Shown: positions 42,546-51,123, numbered from the stretch's first letter. The stretch is 64,000 bases of DNA from Ignavibacteriota bacterium (GCA_963776275.1 CAVZMI010000032.1:32001-96000); one strand, 5' to 3'. The notes: a model not told the origin generated them from the sequence alone. Numbers and translations are program-made.

Positions 42546-43376
42546 TTATTTTACCTTTGCCGGTATCGGCCCGCGCAGACCGGAATATTCCCGCAGCTCC
42601 ACATCGATCGATCCTATGACAACCTGTGTACTTACCTTGACCGGTATTTTCCGCTCATCATCAGATAACCATACTATAATACGCCCTTCGCTCTTGAATA
42701 AACCACCTTCTTTGACAAGAGGCTCGAGAATTATGCACTTGAATGTCCCTGCCTCAACCTCGATTTCCTGACGGCCCAGATATTTCACATCGAGTGCATA
42801 CGCTGAGTCTTTATAAAAATTCTTCAGATGAAACCGTTCCCCGGGACGCCGATTATCGTAATTTTGAGTCCGCATGAAATAGAATGCCGACATAATATCG
42901 TGGACGAATTCCGGAATCCGGTAATTGCCTTCACTCGTTCTGGCAATATGATTCCGCTGATCGAAATCGGCAGTAAAATCGCGCGTGTAACCTCCTTCGC
43001 GTATGTGCTGTTCAAATCTCCAGGGGAAGATTCCTTCCGCATCGATATATGTTTCGTACCGATCCCTGACGCGATAAATCCATGAAAATGCCGGCAGGGA
43101 ATTCACCTCAAAGAGCACCTTGTACGTGCTCCTACCCTGCATAATCATAGTATCGGTAACCGACATAAATGCTTCACCGGCGGTGATGAAGCCATAACCG
43201 ATGTCGAACACCAGCTTCTCGCCAATCCCAAATGCAGTGTTCGCGATGCCTGACGGATTCAGATTCATTGTGTCCGGAAGAACACGAACGGTATCCGTCT
43301 GGCAAAAAGCGTGCTGCTGCAAGACGAGAACTAACGCAAGAGTCCGGATTATGATTTTCCAATTATATTGCGGCAT
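42546..43376 (-). CDS. DUF3108 domain protein
   Basis: Own signal peptide MPQYNWKIIIRTLALV; AFGIGEKL.F, IEVEAGTF.C, VWLSDDE.KIPV. Confidence 0.8.
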   Translation of the reverse strand: MPQYNWKIIIRTLALVLVLQQHAFCQTDTVRVLPDTMNLNPSGIANTAFGIGEKLVFDIGYGFITAGEAFMSVTDTMIMQGRSTYKVLFEVNSLPAFSWIYRVRDRYETYIDAEGIFPWRFEQHIREGGYTRDFTADFDQRNHIARTSEGNYRIPEFVHDIMSAFYFMRTQNYDNRRPGERFHLKNFYKDSAYALDVKYLGRQEIEVEAGTFKCIILEPLVKEGGLFKSEGRIIVWLSDDERKIPVKVSTQVVIGSIDVELREYSGLRGPIPAKVK

Positions 43377-44390
43377 ATTTCTCAAGAAGCTGGAGCACTC
43401 CATTTTCGACATCGTCAACTGCAATTTGTTCCATGCATAGCGAGTGCAACGGCAAGGACCTCTCGAGCATTCTGGACATTTCGATTTATCCGGCTCAAAG
43501 ATTAACCTCTTCTCCGTATATGGCCCCCAGCGTGCCGGACTGCACTGTACAATCGGCGGATAGAATCCTATTACCGGAGTACCGACGGCCGCCGCAATAT
43601 GAATCGGACCCGTAGAATTTGCGACGAGAACATGTATTTTCTCATAAAGGGCCGCAAGGTCTCTTAGGGAAAACCTCCCTACTGAGTTGATACACCCATT
43701 TCCGATTCCCGTGAATATTGAATCAACCAAAGATTGTTCTTCCTCACTTCCGGTCAGGATCACTCTCAATCCCCTGTGAAGTAATCGACGTCCTATGAAT
43801 ATGAAACGTTCCACCGGCCAATCGCGTGCCGAACCGCCGCTTCCCGCATGAAGCACAACCAGACGATCGGCCGGCGATATATGATATTCTTCAAAGAATG
43901 TCAGGATTTTCAGCCGTTCCTTTTCTCCAAACGGCACCGAAAAATCTCTCGACGGCTCTCGGCTGCAACCGAGCGGCTCCAGCAAATGAATATCGTATTC
44001 CAGCTCGTGACAGCGTGCATCTTTCCGGTGCTCATACACACGCCGGTTGAACAGGAAAGAATACCACCTGTAACCTGTCCCTATTCGGATCGGAATCCTT
44101 GCTGCAAAAAAAAGAAGAGCAAGCCAAAAACGCGGGAAGGCCATAACTACGACATCATACCGTTCTTTTCTTACGCGATGGAACAACGTCCACAATGATC
44201 CTAATTCTTCGAGAGTCAGTGCAGCATCCAGGTAACGATGTCCTTCCACAAGACCCAACGTGTATTGACGCACAAGCATTGATATCTTTGCCTGTGGAAA
44301 TTTCCGGCGCAATACCGCCAGCATCGGAAGAGAAAGAACTACATCGCCGATGCGATCCGTTCGCGTAATAAGGATGTTTCTATATTCCAT
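43363..44390 (-). CDS. GT9 (heptosyltransferase-like) glycosyltransferase; frameshift near 43441
   Basis: RTDRIGDVVLSLP, NSTGPIHIAAAVGTP, RWGP; the typical end LCMEQIAVDDV...AAI* lies in another frame. Confidence 0.85.
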
Positions 44391-44580
44391 AAGAGAAATA
44401 TACGCGTACAAAGACCGAAGTGCAACCTTACTCCTGATGATGTGTTTGAAATCACACTCAACCTTGCCACCATTTTTTATCAGCCAGTTTCCCGAGTCCC
44501 TTTCTGCCCACAGGACGGGAAGAGAAACATACTATGGAACAAAGATATATCGTTATACAATTTTTAACCGGTTGTCTCGA

Positions 44581-45160
44581 GTGGCTGTTTTTACAGCCTT
44601 CGATCATTCACAATTCCGCCTTCACTTCCGCCTTCGTTCCAAAAAACGGAACTTCGGCGGACAAGTCGTTCCGGCGCCTGCCTGCTCGCCTCGCTTCGCT
44701 CGGCGAAGCGGGCCGGAGTGCCCGCCTTCAATGAAGCCTTCGGCAGGCGAAGGCCTCCGGCACGCAGGCCCGCCTTAGTCCGGAGGACGTCGGCGGGCAG
44801 GCAGGGACAGGTCGCAAATCACAATTCATACATACCACTCCTGACGGCGCTCGATACCGAAAAACAATTCTTCATTCACCGTGGTTTGACTCGCTCACCA
44901 TACTAAAGTACTGCTCACACCACTTACCTTCGACCCCTCGATGAACTCGGGGCAAGCAAGCTTTGGATTCCGTGGTGCTCGCTGCAGGCTCGAGCCAAGA
45001 CTCGGCAACCTGGCTGTTTATATAACCTTCGATCATTCACAATTCAAGAATCACAATTCACAATTTATTTGTAGCCTCGACTCGTTAACGAACCCCGGTA
45101 GGGGTGGTATATTTATAGAACCGGATTTCAGAAAAATACAAACCCTGTAAGTGTGACATG
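44581..45160. repeat. Cluster of nested short palindromic (REP-like) elements and heptamer-rich duplicated modules
   Basis: GC-rich nested hairpins 44616-44812; duplicated tggctgttt..ccttcgatcattcacaattc at ~44582 and ~45011; aacccc..ggggtg..atagaa doublet at 45090-45160. Confidence 0.7.
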
Positions 45161-45169
45161 TTAAAATTT

Positions 45170-46252
45170 CTATTTCAGCAAAACCATCCGTTTTGTTATC
45201 GTGACATTTCCGCTCTGGAGACGGCAGAAATAGACTCCACTCGACACCGATGCTGCATTCCAACGGATCACGTACGATCCCGGTTCGAGGAGAGCGTTCA
45301 GAAGTGTTTCGATTTCCTTCCCTGTGATATCAAAGAGTGTGATCGAGACACGATCATGTCTGGGCACATGGAATTTGATAGTGGTTCCGGGATTAAAAGG
45401 ATTTGGATAATTCTGCTCGAGGATGAATTGCGGCGGTGTTCCGTCCACATTCTGTTCAACTCCGAGTGTGGCTTCATATGCGATTGCCGCGTTGAATATC
45501 TCTTCAACAAGAAGCGGCGCTACATGAGCCGTTGCCGCATCATTCGGGTGGCTGTTGCCGGACTCGGTGCGGTACGAGTCGGGCAATTTGCCGTCCGAAC
45601 CGGCAAGATGGTGGAAGAAATCGAAAACATAGACGTTCTGCGGAAACTGTCCGAACGCCGGGTCGAAACCGCCGGCAAGCGTATCTTTTGCCCAGCGGCA
45701 GAATTGGTCGGACAGGAGTGCCGATTCATCGCTGGTCGATTCTCTCTCCTGAGGTGCGTTCGTCCATACGACGAAAAAGTTCGCCGGGTGGTTTTGCATG
45801 ACACGGATAAAATTGCGCCAGTGCCACTTGTAATTGAAGATCGTTTTCGATGCCGGATCGGTGGTATCCGAGGGCTCGCCCTCGCCCCACAGGTCGGATG
45901 ATGGAAAACACGATTTAATCATGATAATTTTGTTGGCGGCAAGGTACGGACCGATATCGGAGGTGGTATCGTTGCTATCGAAAATATCGTGCCACCTGGA
46001 CCATTCATTATCCCACGGATCCACCGGCCACCATTCTTCGTTGAGCGAGACTGCGAATGATCCGGTATATCCATGACTTGAATTATAAGCATCGATCTCC
46101 TGCGGAACGCTAGTTGCACTTCCATTCGGTCCCCAGATGCATCCGCCTGTCGAATGGTGCAGGAATATGCCGCTGCGGAATAGATTTTCTTGCGCGGATG
46201 TGGATGTGAGAAAGGAAATTGTCAGCAAGTAAAACAGTATGGTCTTGTGCAT
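45170..46252 (-). CDS. Secreted SGNH-like hypothetical protein with a T9SS domain
   Basis: GGAGGAG-ATG, signal peptide, IFLHHSTG, IMIKSCFP, NSHPN, YPNPFNP CTD. Confidence 0.75.
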   Translation of the reverse strand: MHKTILFYLLTISFLTSTSAQENLFRSGIFLHHSTGGCIWGPNGSATSVPQEIDAYNSSHGYTGSFAVSLNEEWWPVDPWDNEWSRWHDIFDSNDTTSDIGPYLAANKIIMIKSCFPSSDLWGEGEPSDTTDPASKTIFNYKWHWRNFIRVMQNHPANFFVVWTNAPQERESTSDESALLSDQFCRWAKDTLAGGFDPAFGQFPQNVYVFDFFHHLAGSDGKLPDSYRTESGNSHPNDAATAHVAPLLVEEIFNAAIAYEATLGVEQNVDGTPPQFILEQNYPNPFNPGTTIKFHVPRHDRVSITLFDITGKEIETLLNALLEPGSYVIRWNAASVSSGVYFCRLQSGNVTITKRMVLLK

Positions 46253-46431
46253 GTACTCCTCCATATGTAGTTTAGTTATAGTAGATTGCATGTGATAATT
46301 TCTTATATCTGCTCACGCACATAATCTACTACCTTTTTACGGCAAAGCCAACTCGACATAACCACCGCCAAAGGCAGTGGACTTCTGCTTCACACTAAAA
46401 TAAAGTGGGTCGGTTTTGTTGTGAATTTACC

Positions 46432-46460
46432 TTGACTTTAAATGTGGAATATAATAACAT
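46432..46460 (+). promoter_or_regulatory. sigma70-like promoter upstream of the cassette array (Pc-like)
   Basis: TTGACT-N17-TAACAT. Confidence 0.5.
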
Positions 46461-46476
46461 GTCAACATCCTACAAC

Positions 46477-46534
46477 TATGTTTCCCAAAGCCGTGTTTGG
46501 AATATTGGGTGGAGCAATATAGTTATCGTTAGCC
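46477..46534 (+). repeat. attI-like repeat copy 1 (58 bp, ends GTTAGCC)
   Basis: tatgtttcccaaagccgtgtttggaatattgggtggagcaatatagttatcGTTAGCC; the repeat is seen directly, the attI role is inferred. Confidence 0.8.
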
Positions 46535-46557
46535 ACTATAATTATTAAAGTTAAAAT

Positions 46558-47451
46558 ATGATTAATAGCATTTTAAAAGTATTAAAAAATATTCTAAAAT
46601 TTTATTTTGATATTTGTTTAATAATTATGTCGGTTATTATTATATCAATCATTTTTACCCATCTCTTTCACTCTTTATTATCTACGGGTAAATATCTAAA
46701 ATCCATCTTCATAATATGGATAATTCTTTTACCGATTTTAATAATTTTATATTATCTTATTACAAAATCTAAAAATTTTGATACGTTGGGTTTTAGAATT
46801 CTAAAATTAAATAATAATAAGAAATACGCCATTAGAAATTTTTTCGTTATTACTGCTTTCACAATATCATTGATATTTCTATTCCAATTATATTATGTAA
46901 ATGTCTATTTCGTACCTGTAATGTGTTCAGCAAAACCAAATTTATTTGAAGGTGATTATTTAATGGTCGATAGGTTTTGGGTAAGAAATAATTCTCCTTC
47001 TCGTGGTGAAGTAATTGGATTTAAAACTCAAAAAATGAATTTTGATCTTGTCAAAAGATGTGTAGCTTTTGGTGGAGATACAATAGAAATAAAGCAAGGA
47101 ATTGTATTAATCAACAACGAACCAGAAGGCAAACTGATATATTTGAAAAATGCATATGATTTCGTTGAACAGGAAGAATTGGAATATTATAAGATAATCA
47201 AAAAAAATGGTTTTGAGCATCTAGTTTGTTATCGACCAAATGGTTATTTTCGCAAGGAACATTTTGGTCCAATCGTTATCCCGGAAAATCATTATTTTCT
47301 TTTAGGGGATAATAGAGATAATAGTGGTGATAGTAGGTATTATGGCTCTTTTCCTAAAAATGAAATGTTTTGTAAAGCAGGATTTGTATATTTTTCAATT
47401 GACCCAATAACTAAAAAAATACGATGGTCAAGAATTGGGATAACAATTTAA
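46558..47451 (+). CDS. lepB: Signal peptidase I family protein (cassette 1, very AT-rich)
   Basis: S..PNLFEGD, LVKRCVAFGGD, YFLLGDNRDNSGDSRYYG, IRWSRIG. Confidence 0.85.
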   Translation: MINSILKVLKNILKFYFDICLIIMSVIIISIIFTHLFHSLLSTGKYLKSIFIIWIILLPILIILYYLITKSKNFDTLGFRILKLNNNKKYAIRNFFVITAFTISLIFLFQLYYVNVYFVPVMCSAKPNLFEGDYLMVDRFWVRNNSPSRGEVIGFKTQKMNFDLVKRCVAFGGDTIEIKQGIVLINNEPEGKLIYLKNAYDFVEQEELEYYKIIKKNGFEHLVCYRPNGYFRKEHFGPIVIPENHYFLLGDNRDNSGDSRYYGSFPKNEMFCKAGFVYFSIDPITKKIRWSRIGITI

Positions 47452-47468
47452 GTAATTATAAAATAGGC

Positions 47469-47545
47469 GGCTAACAAAAGTATTGATTTTTTGTGTCGGC
47501 GGGTAAGCGTGGTACATTAAGCATGGCTGGCAGAGATCTCGTGAA
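47469..47545 (+). other. Left part of a truncated attC of cassette 1
   Basis: GGCTAAC 18 nt after the stop, complementary to GTTAGCC at 46528; no cognate right arm; right boundary approximate. Confidence 0.6.
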
Positions 47546-47610
47546 AACTGTAAAGCAATCTACCATATTTCGATAGATATAGTTAAAATGATTTTTAATT
47601 TCGGGTGTCT

Positions 47611-47675
47611 TATGTGTTTCCCAAAGCCATGTTTGGAATATTAGGTGGATCGATATAAATTAATTATTGTTAGCC
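47611..47675 (+). repeat. attI-like repeat copy 2 (65 bp)
   Basis: tatgtgtttcccaaagccatgtttggaatattaggtggatcgatataaattaattattGTTAGCC. Confidence 0.8.
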
Positions 47676-47678
47676 GTC

Positions 47679-48404
47679 ATGTCAACTACACATAGTCCCG
47701 TAGAATGCGGGGATTGCGGGAGCGCAATCGATGTGAGCGCAGACCCTCCTGAGGGACGAGCCCCTTGCCCGAAATGCGGAAGCAAGAAACGCGCATACTA
47801 TGCCACAATGGCAAATGCACAACCAACAGACTACATGCTTGACCACTTCGTCGCGCACAAGCTTTCGCAACTCACTGAGTGCGGGGCGGCTGAACTGCCT
47901 GAGAAATCGTCTTGGTTGAATGCCTTCATTCTCAATAACCTCTTCATGGTCAACTTCCCCCTGAAGACACGCGCGTACCTGTTCAACTTCCTCAGGCGTG
48001 CTGAAGGAGCACTTTCGGGCTATCGCGAGGCGCGTCTCGCGCTGATTAACTACGTCAATACACCACGCAGCACCATCTACCCATATTTCAAGGCACTCTC
48101 GCTATTCGAGATCTGTGTCTCGCAGTGCTACCAGGGATACGAGCTCCTCGCTACTGCATCTGGTGAGAGGTTCTTCGAGCAGGGCGATGGAAGCGCCGCA
48201 GAACGGCTTCAAAAGCTCTATGTAGATTCCAAGCACATGGATTGCATGATTGATGGCGAAAAAGTACCATTAGAAGCAACAGTTCCCCTATGGATCACTA
48301 ATTCTGGACTTGAGAGCGGTAGGGCCGCGCTCTCATTTCTGGAACTGGAAGAGATACTGCTCAACATGTACACATTAGCGGAAAAGGTTTCTATGCTTGA
48401 CTAG
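47679..48404 (+). CDS. Hypothetical protein with an N-terminal zinc ribbon (cassette 2)
   Basis: ATG 3 nt after GTTAGCC; CGDC...CPKCG; visibly GC-richer than cassette 1. Confidence 0.7.
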   Translation: MSTTHSPVECGDCGSAIDVSADPPEGRAPCPKCGSKKRAYYATMANAQPTDYMLDHFVAHKLSQLTECGAAELPEKSSWLNAFILNNLFMVNFPLKTRAYLFNFLRRAEGALSGYREARLALINYVNTPRSTIYPYFKALSLFEICVSQCYQGYELLATASGERFFEQGDGSAAERLQKLYVDSKHMDCMIDGEKVPLEATVPLWITNSGLESGRAALSFLELEEILLNMYTLAEKVSMLD

Positions 48405-48517
48405 TACGCAGATCAAATGCGTGAGGTAATTCGATCACGCCATTACAGCTACAAGAGTGAAGAAGCCCATGTTCTCAACCTTGGCCCGGCCGGTGTCCGC
48501 AATCGAATCGATACCCT

Positions 48518-48575
48518 TATGTTTCCCAAAAACGTGTTTGGAATATTATGTGGATCAATATAATTACCGTTAGCC
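48518..48575 (+). repeat. attI-like repeat copy 3 (58 bp; 51/58 identical to copy 1)
   Basis: tatgtttcccaaaaacgtgtttggaatattatgtggatcaatataattaccGTTAGCC. Confidence 0.8.
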
Positions 48576-48600
48576 CGTTTGTCGCTATAACAAATCGGAG

Positions 48601-48795
48601 ATGCCCAATATGAGCATGCAATCAGTTAAAAAAAGCAAATGGCTATACCCTCTCCTTTATGTTGCCTTTTTCATTATCAGTATGTTACCGCCTTATACAG
48701 AAAAGCCATATGCTCCACAAGATACACAGAATGTGATTTGTTGTTATTTCTGTATATGCCTTCATATTACCGCGAATATACAAGAAGCGGGCTAA
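48601..48795 (+). CDS. Short membrane protein (cassette 3), possibly internally deleted
   Basis: One TM segment; the TAA stop lies inside the GGCTAAC inverse core, typical of cassettes. Confidence 0.55.
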   Translation: MPNMSMQSVKKSKWLYPLLYVAFFIISMLPPYTEKPYAPQDTQNVICCYFCICLHITANIQEAG

Positions 48796-48859
48796 CATTC
48801 GGCTCGACAGCGCATGAAAAAGCGTTCCGCTTTTTCATCGAGTCAGGCTTTTGTTAAGC
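48790..48859 (+). other. Complete attC site (70 bp)
   Basis: GGCTAAC...GTTAAGC with a perfect 11-bp central stem atgaaaaagcg/cgctttttcat; cgggctaac complements gttagcccg at 48569. Confidence 0.85.
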
Positions 48860-48899
48860 GCTCGCACATTAGGTTCGACCCATTAGAAGAGGACATACA

Positions 48900-49532
48900 A
48901 TGCGAAAAATCGAAATAGCGACAATAGGTGTTTTATTTGGTGCAGTACCCATCATCATTTGTTTTCTCGCAGGGTGGTGGATCAGCATCCCTCTTGTTCC
49001 TGAATCATGGATATTCCTATGCGCTCTAACGGGTTTTCTTGTTGGAGTACTTGTCGATGTTCTTTTTCTAAAAACGTGGGTTCGACATGCCTATTCGATG
49101 AAACCTATAGTCTGGATGATGATTTATCTGTTCTATTCCATTGGGATGTTCGGTTTCTTCATGGGAGTTCCGGTTTTCAATGTAGCGCTTGCCTTGCCTG
49201 CTGGTTTTTTCATCGGGGGATGGCTGGTTCATAGCGGTGCAGATTCCACACGCATGAAGAAGGTAGCGCGACATTGCGCTATATTCACTACAAGTGTCCT
49301 AGCACTTATTTGCATCGCATCAGCCGCAATTGCTCTGGCCAGTTCCTCCACAGCTTCCGATCTTCAAAAAATGTTCGGTCTTTCAGTTCAGGTTACACCC
49401 GCGATGATCATTGGCATCATCTTGGGCGGAGGCATCTTCATCCTTATTCTTCAATGGTGGCTCACATTCAAGTCTGTAGAGCGAGCGTATAGATATTTTT
49501 TTGCACGTGTCAGTCCGTCAACGTTCACATGA
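48900..49532 (+). CDS. Multi-TM hypothetical membrane protein (cassette 4)
   Basis: About 6 hydrophobic segments; GAGGA RBS; bounded by gttaagcgctcg and cgagcgctaac. Confidence 0.75.
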   Translation: MRKIEIATIGVLFGAVPIIICFLAGWWISIPLVPESWIFLCALTGFLVGVLVDVLFLKTWVRHAYSMKPIVWMMIYLFYSIGMFGFFMGVPVFNVALALPAGFFIGGWLVHSGADSTRMKKVARHCAIFTTSVLALICIASAAIALASSSTASDLQKMFGLSVQVTPAMIIGIILGGGIFILILQWWLTFKSVERAYRYFFARVSPSTFT

Positions 49533-49563
49533 AGTATATCATAGTTTGTATATAGTTACCGAG

Positions 49564-49580
49564 CGCTAACCAGCGGCTCC
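49564..49580 (+). other. Truncated attC of cassette 4 (left end only)
   Basis: CGCTAAC cagcggctc, then interrupted by cccac/gtggg palindromes. Confidence 0.65.
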
Positions 49581-49585
49581 TCGGT

Positions 49586-49654
49586 AAATCCCACTGGACC
49601 CCACAATCCCACATAAAACGTGGGACGAGTACAACACGAGAATGTGGGACGTAG
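49586..49654. repeat. Nested cccac...gtggg palindromic elements
   Basis: tcccactggaccccacaa[tcccacataaaacgtgggac]gag...tgtgggacgta; same family as 55584-55849. Confidence 0.65.
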
Positions 49655-49691
49655 TGCAACATTGCATGACAATTAATCGGAGATTAAAGGG

Positions 49692-50150
49692 ATGGAAATT
49701 AGAGATGCCATATTTAATGATCTTCCTTCAATATTAAAGCTACAAAAGTTGTGTTATCGGGAAAATGCGGAACGATATAACGACTATCAAATACCACCAA
49801 TGATTCAGACAATTAATGATTTAGAAGATGAATTTAATTATAATGTAATATTAAAAGCTGAAGATCAATCTAAAATAATTGGCAGTCTAAGAGCATATGA
49901 AAAAAATGGTATTTGTTACATCGGGAGAGTTATTGTTCATCCCGACTACCAAAACAAAGGAATTGGAACAAAATTGATGATAGAGATTGAAAGAAGATTC
50001 CCCAATGTTTCAAAATATGAATTATTTACTGGATATAAAGACGAAAAAAATATTTACTTCTATGGTAAATTGGGCTATAAGATTTTTAAGGAAGAAAACC
50101 TTGGCTATAAGATAAAACTTGTTTTCCTGGAAAAAATAAGAATAGGATGA
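49692..50150 (+). CDS. GNAT family acetyltransferase
   Basis: IGRVIVHPDYQNKGIG, N..FY.KLGY. Confidence 0.9.
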   Translation: MEIRDAIFNDLPSILKLQKLCYRENAERYNDYQIPPMIQTINDLEDEFNYNVILKAEDQSKIIGSLRAYEKNGICYIGRVIVHPDYQNKGIGTKLMIEIERRFPNVSKYELFTGYKDEKNIYFYGKLGYKIFKEENLGYKIKLVFLEKIRIG

Positions 50151-50154
50151 AATC

Positions 50155-50742
50155 ATGAAACAGATTGTCACAAAGGAAGCCCTCAAGGATTTGTCGTCTG
50201 ATAATCCGAGAATAAAATACAAACGGGTCAAAAATCTCCTGACGATTGCCGGGAAGAACCCGGAACAACTCTACCCACATCTCCCCTTCTTTGTCAAACT
50301 TCTCAAGAGCGAGAACAACATTTTAAAGTGGATGGCAATCGACATCATTGGATCTCTATCCAGGGTCGATACGGCGAAGAGAATCGATGGATTGCTGACG
50401 ACTCTCTTTGGATTCCTTCGAGCCGGGAAAATGATTACTGCGAACCATGCAATCGCCGCCCTGTCTGCCATCGCTTCAGCTAAACCATATTATCAGAAGA
50501 AAGTGACACAGGAGCTTTTAAAAGTCGAGCAATATACGTACGACACAGATGAGTGTCATAATATAGCCCTCGGGAAAGTCATTGTGGAAATAAATTCGTA
50601 TTTTAAAGAACTGAAGCAGAATGATCAGGTCGTGGAATTCGTCAGCAGGCAGATAAATAATTCGCGTGCCGCAACAAGGAAAAAAGCTGAGAATTTCTTA
50701 AAAATTCATAAAAACCAACCAACGAAGGAGAATAAACAATGA
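50155..50742 (+). CDS. HEAT/ARM-like helical hypothetical protein
   Basis: 195-aa helical ORF, co-oriented in an operon-like run. Confidence 0.6.
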   Translation: MKQIVTKEALKDLSSDNPRIKYKRVKNLLTIAGKNPEQLYPHLPFFVKLLKSENNILKWMAIDIIGSLSRVDTAKRIDGLLTTLFGFLRAGKMITANHAIAALSAIASAKPYYQKKVTQELLKVEQYTYDTDECHNIALGKVIVEINSYFKELKQNDQVVEFVSRQINNSRAATRKKAENFLKIHKNQPTKENKQ

Positions 50743-51123
50743 AATCGATTAAATTGGTTTTCCTCTACGGATTTCTCATCTGGCTAATACCCTTCATCGT
50801 ATCGTTCATTATATTCCCGATTCATGAGAATGACCGTACGCTGTTCGAATCTATCATGCCTGTCGTATTGACTATTAGTACAGTTCTGTTTTCAATTCTT
50901 TATTTAAAAAAGGTCGAAACTAAATTTTTAAAAGAGGGCATTCTCCTCGGCGTTATCTGGTTTCTGATAAGCTTCATTATCGACCAGTTTTTGTTCAGCG
51001 CAGGTCCCCATGAAAATGAGTTTTATCGACTATATAAAAGATATCGGACTTACTTATTTGATCATTCCCACCGTCACAATCGGATCCGGTTATCTCCTTG
51101 TAATTAGACAGAAACCTCAATAA
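50739..51123 (+). CDS. Small membrane protein; frameshift in a C run near 51007-51010
   Basis: GFLIWLIPF, LFESIM; continues as GPMKMSFIDYIKDIGLTYLIIP in another frame. Confidence 0.7.

Larger units (their letters stand above)
46528..49580 (+). mobile_element. Integron-type gene cassette array without an adjacent integrase (CALIN-like), 4 cassettes
   Basis: GTTRRRY core sites at 46528, 47669, 48569 and 48853, just before ORFs; complementary inverse cores at 47469, 48790 and 49564; one complete attC; sharp base-composition changes between ORFs. Confidence 0.8.

Noticed and set aside
42546-44411. Novel GT9-DUF3108 fusion (621 aa in the ORF track)
   Set aside because: The GT9 C-terminus and stop are in another frame and DUF3108 has its own signal peptide, so the fusion results from a frameshift.
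44350-45150. ORFs of 62-142 aa in the GT9 upstream region
   Set aside because: They run through GC-rich palindromic repeats, give low-complexity Arg/Pro/Ala translations and lack an RBS.
45158-45901. Long antisense ORFs (247 aa here; also 52290..52952, 6916..7527 and others)
   Set aside because: They are shadow or alternate frames of well-supported genes and have no recognisable motifs.
46253-46476. Integron integrase upstream of the array
   Set aside because: The gap is only ~220 bp with no tyrosine recombinase motifs; the divergent gene is a T9SS cargo protein.
47469-47675. A single 207-bp attC formed by cassette 1's inverse core and repeat copy 2
   Set aside because: Pairing beyond the terminal 9 bp is weak and relies on G-T pairs, and copies 1 and 3 have no equivalent left arm. 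Kept only as an alternative hypothesis.
46477-48575. Three direct repeats as a CRISPR array
   Set aside because: The repeats are 58-65 bp and separated by 0.8-1.1 kb gene-containing segments; there are no cas genes.
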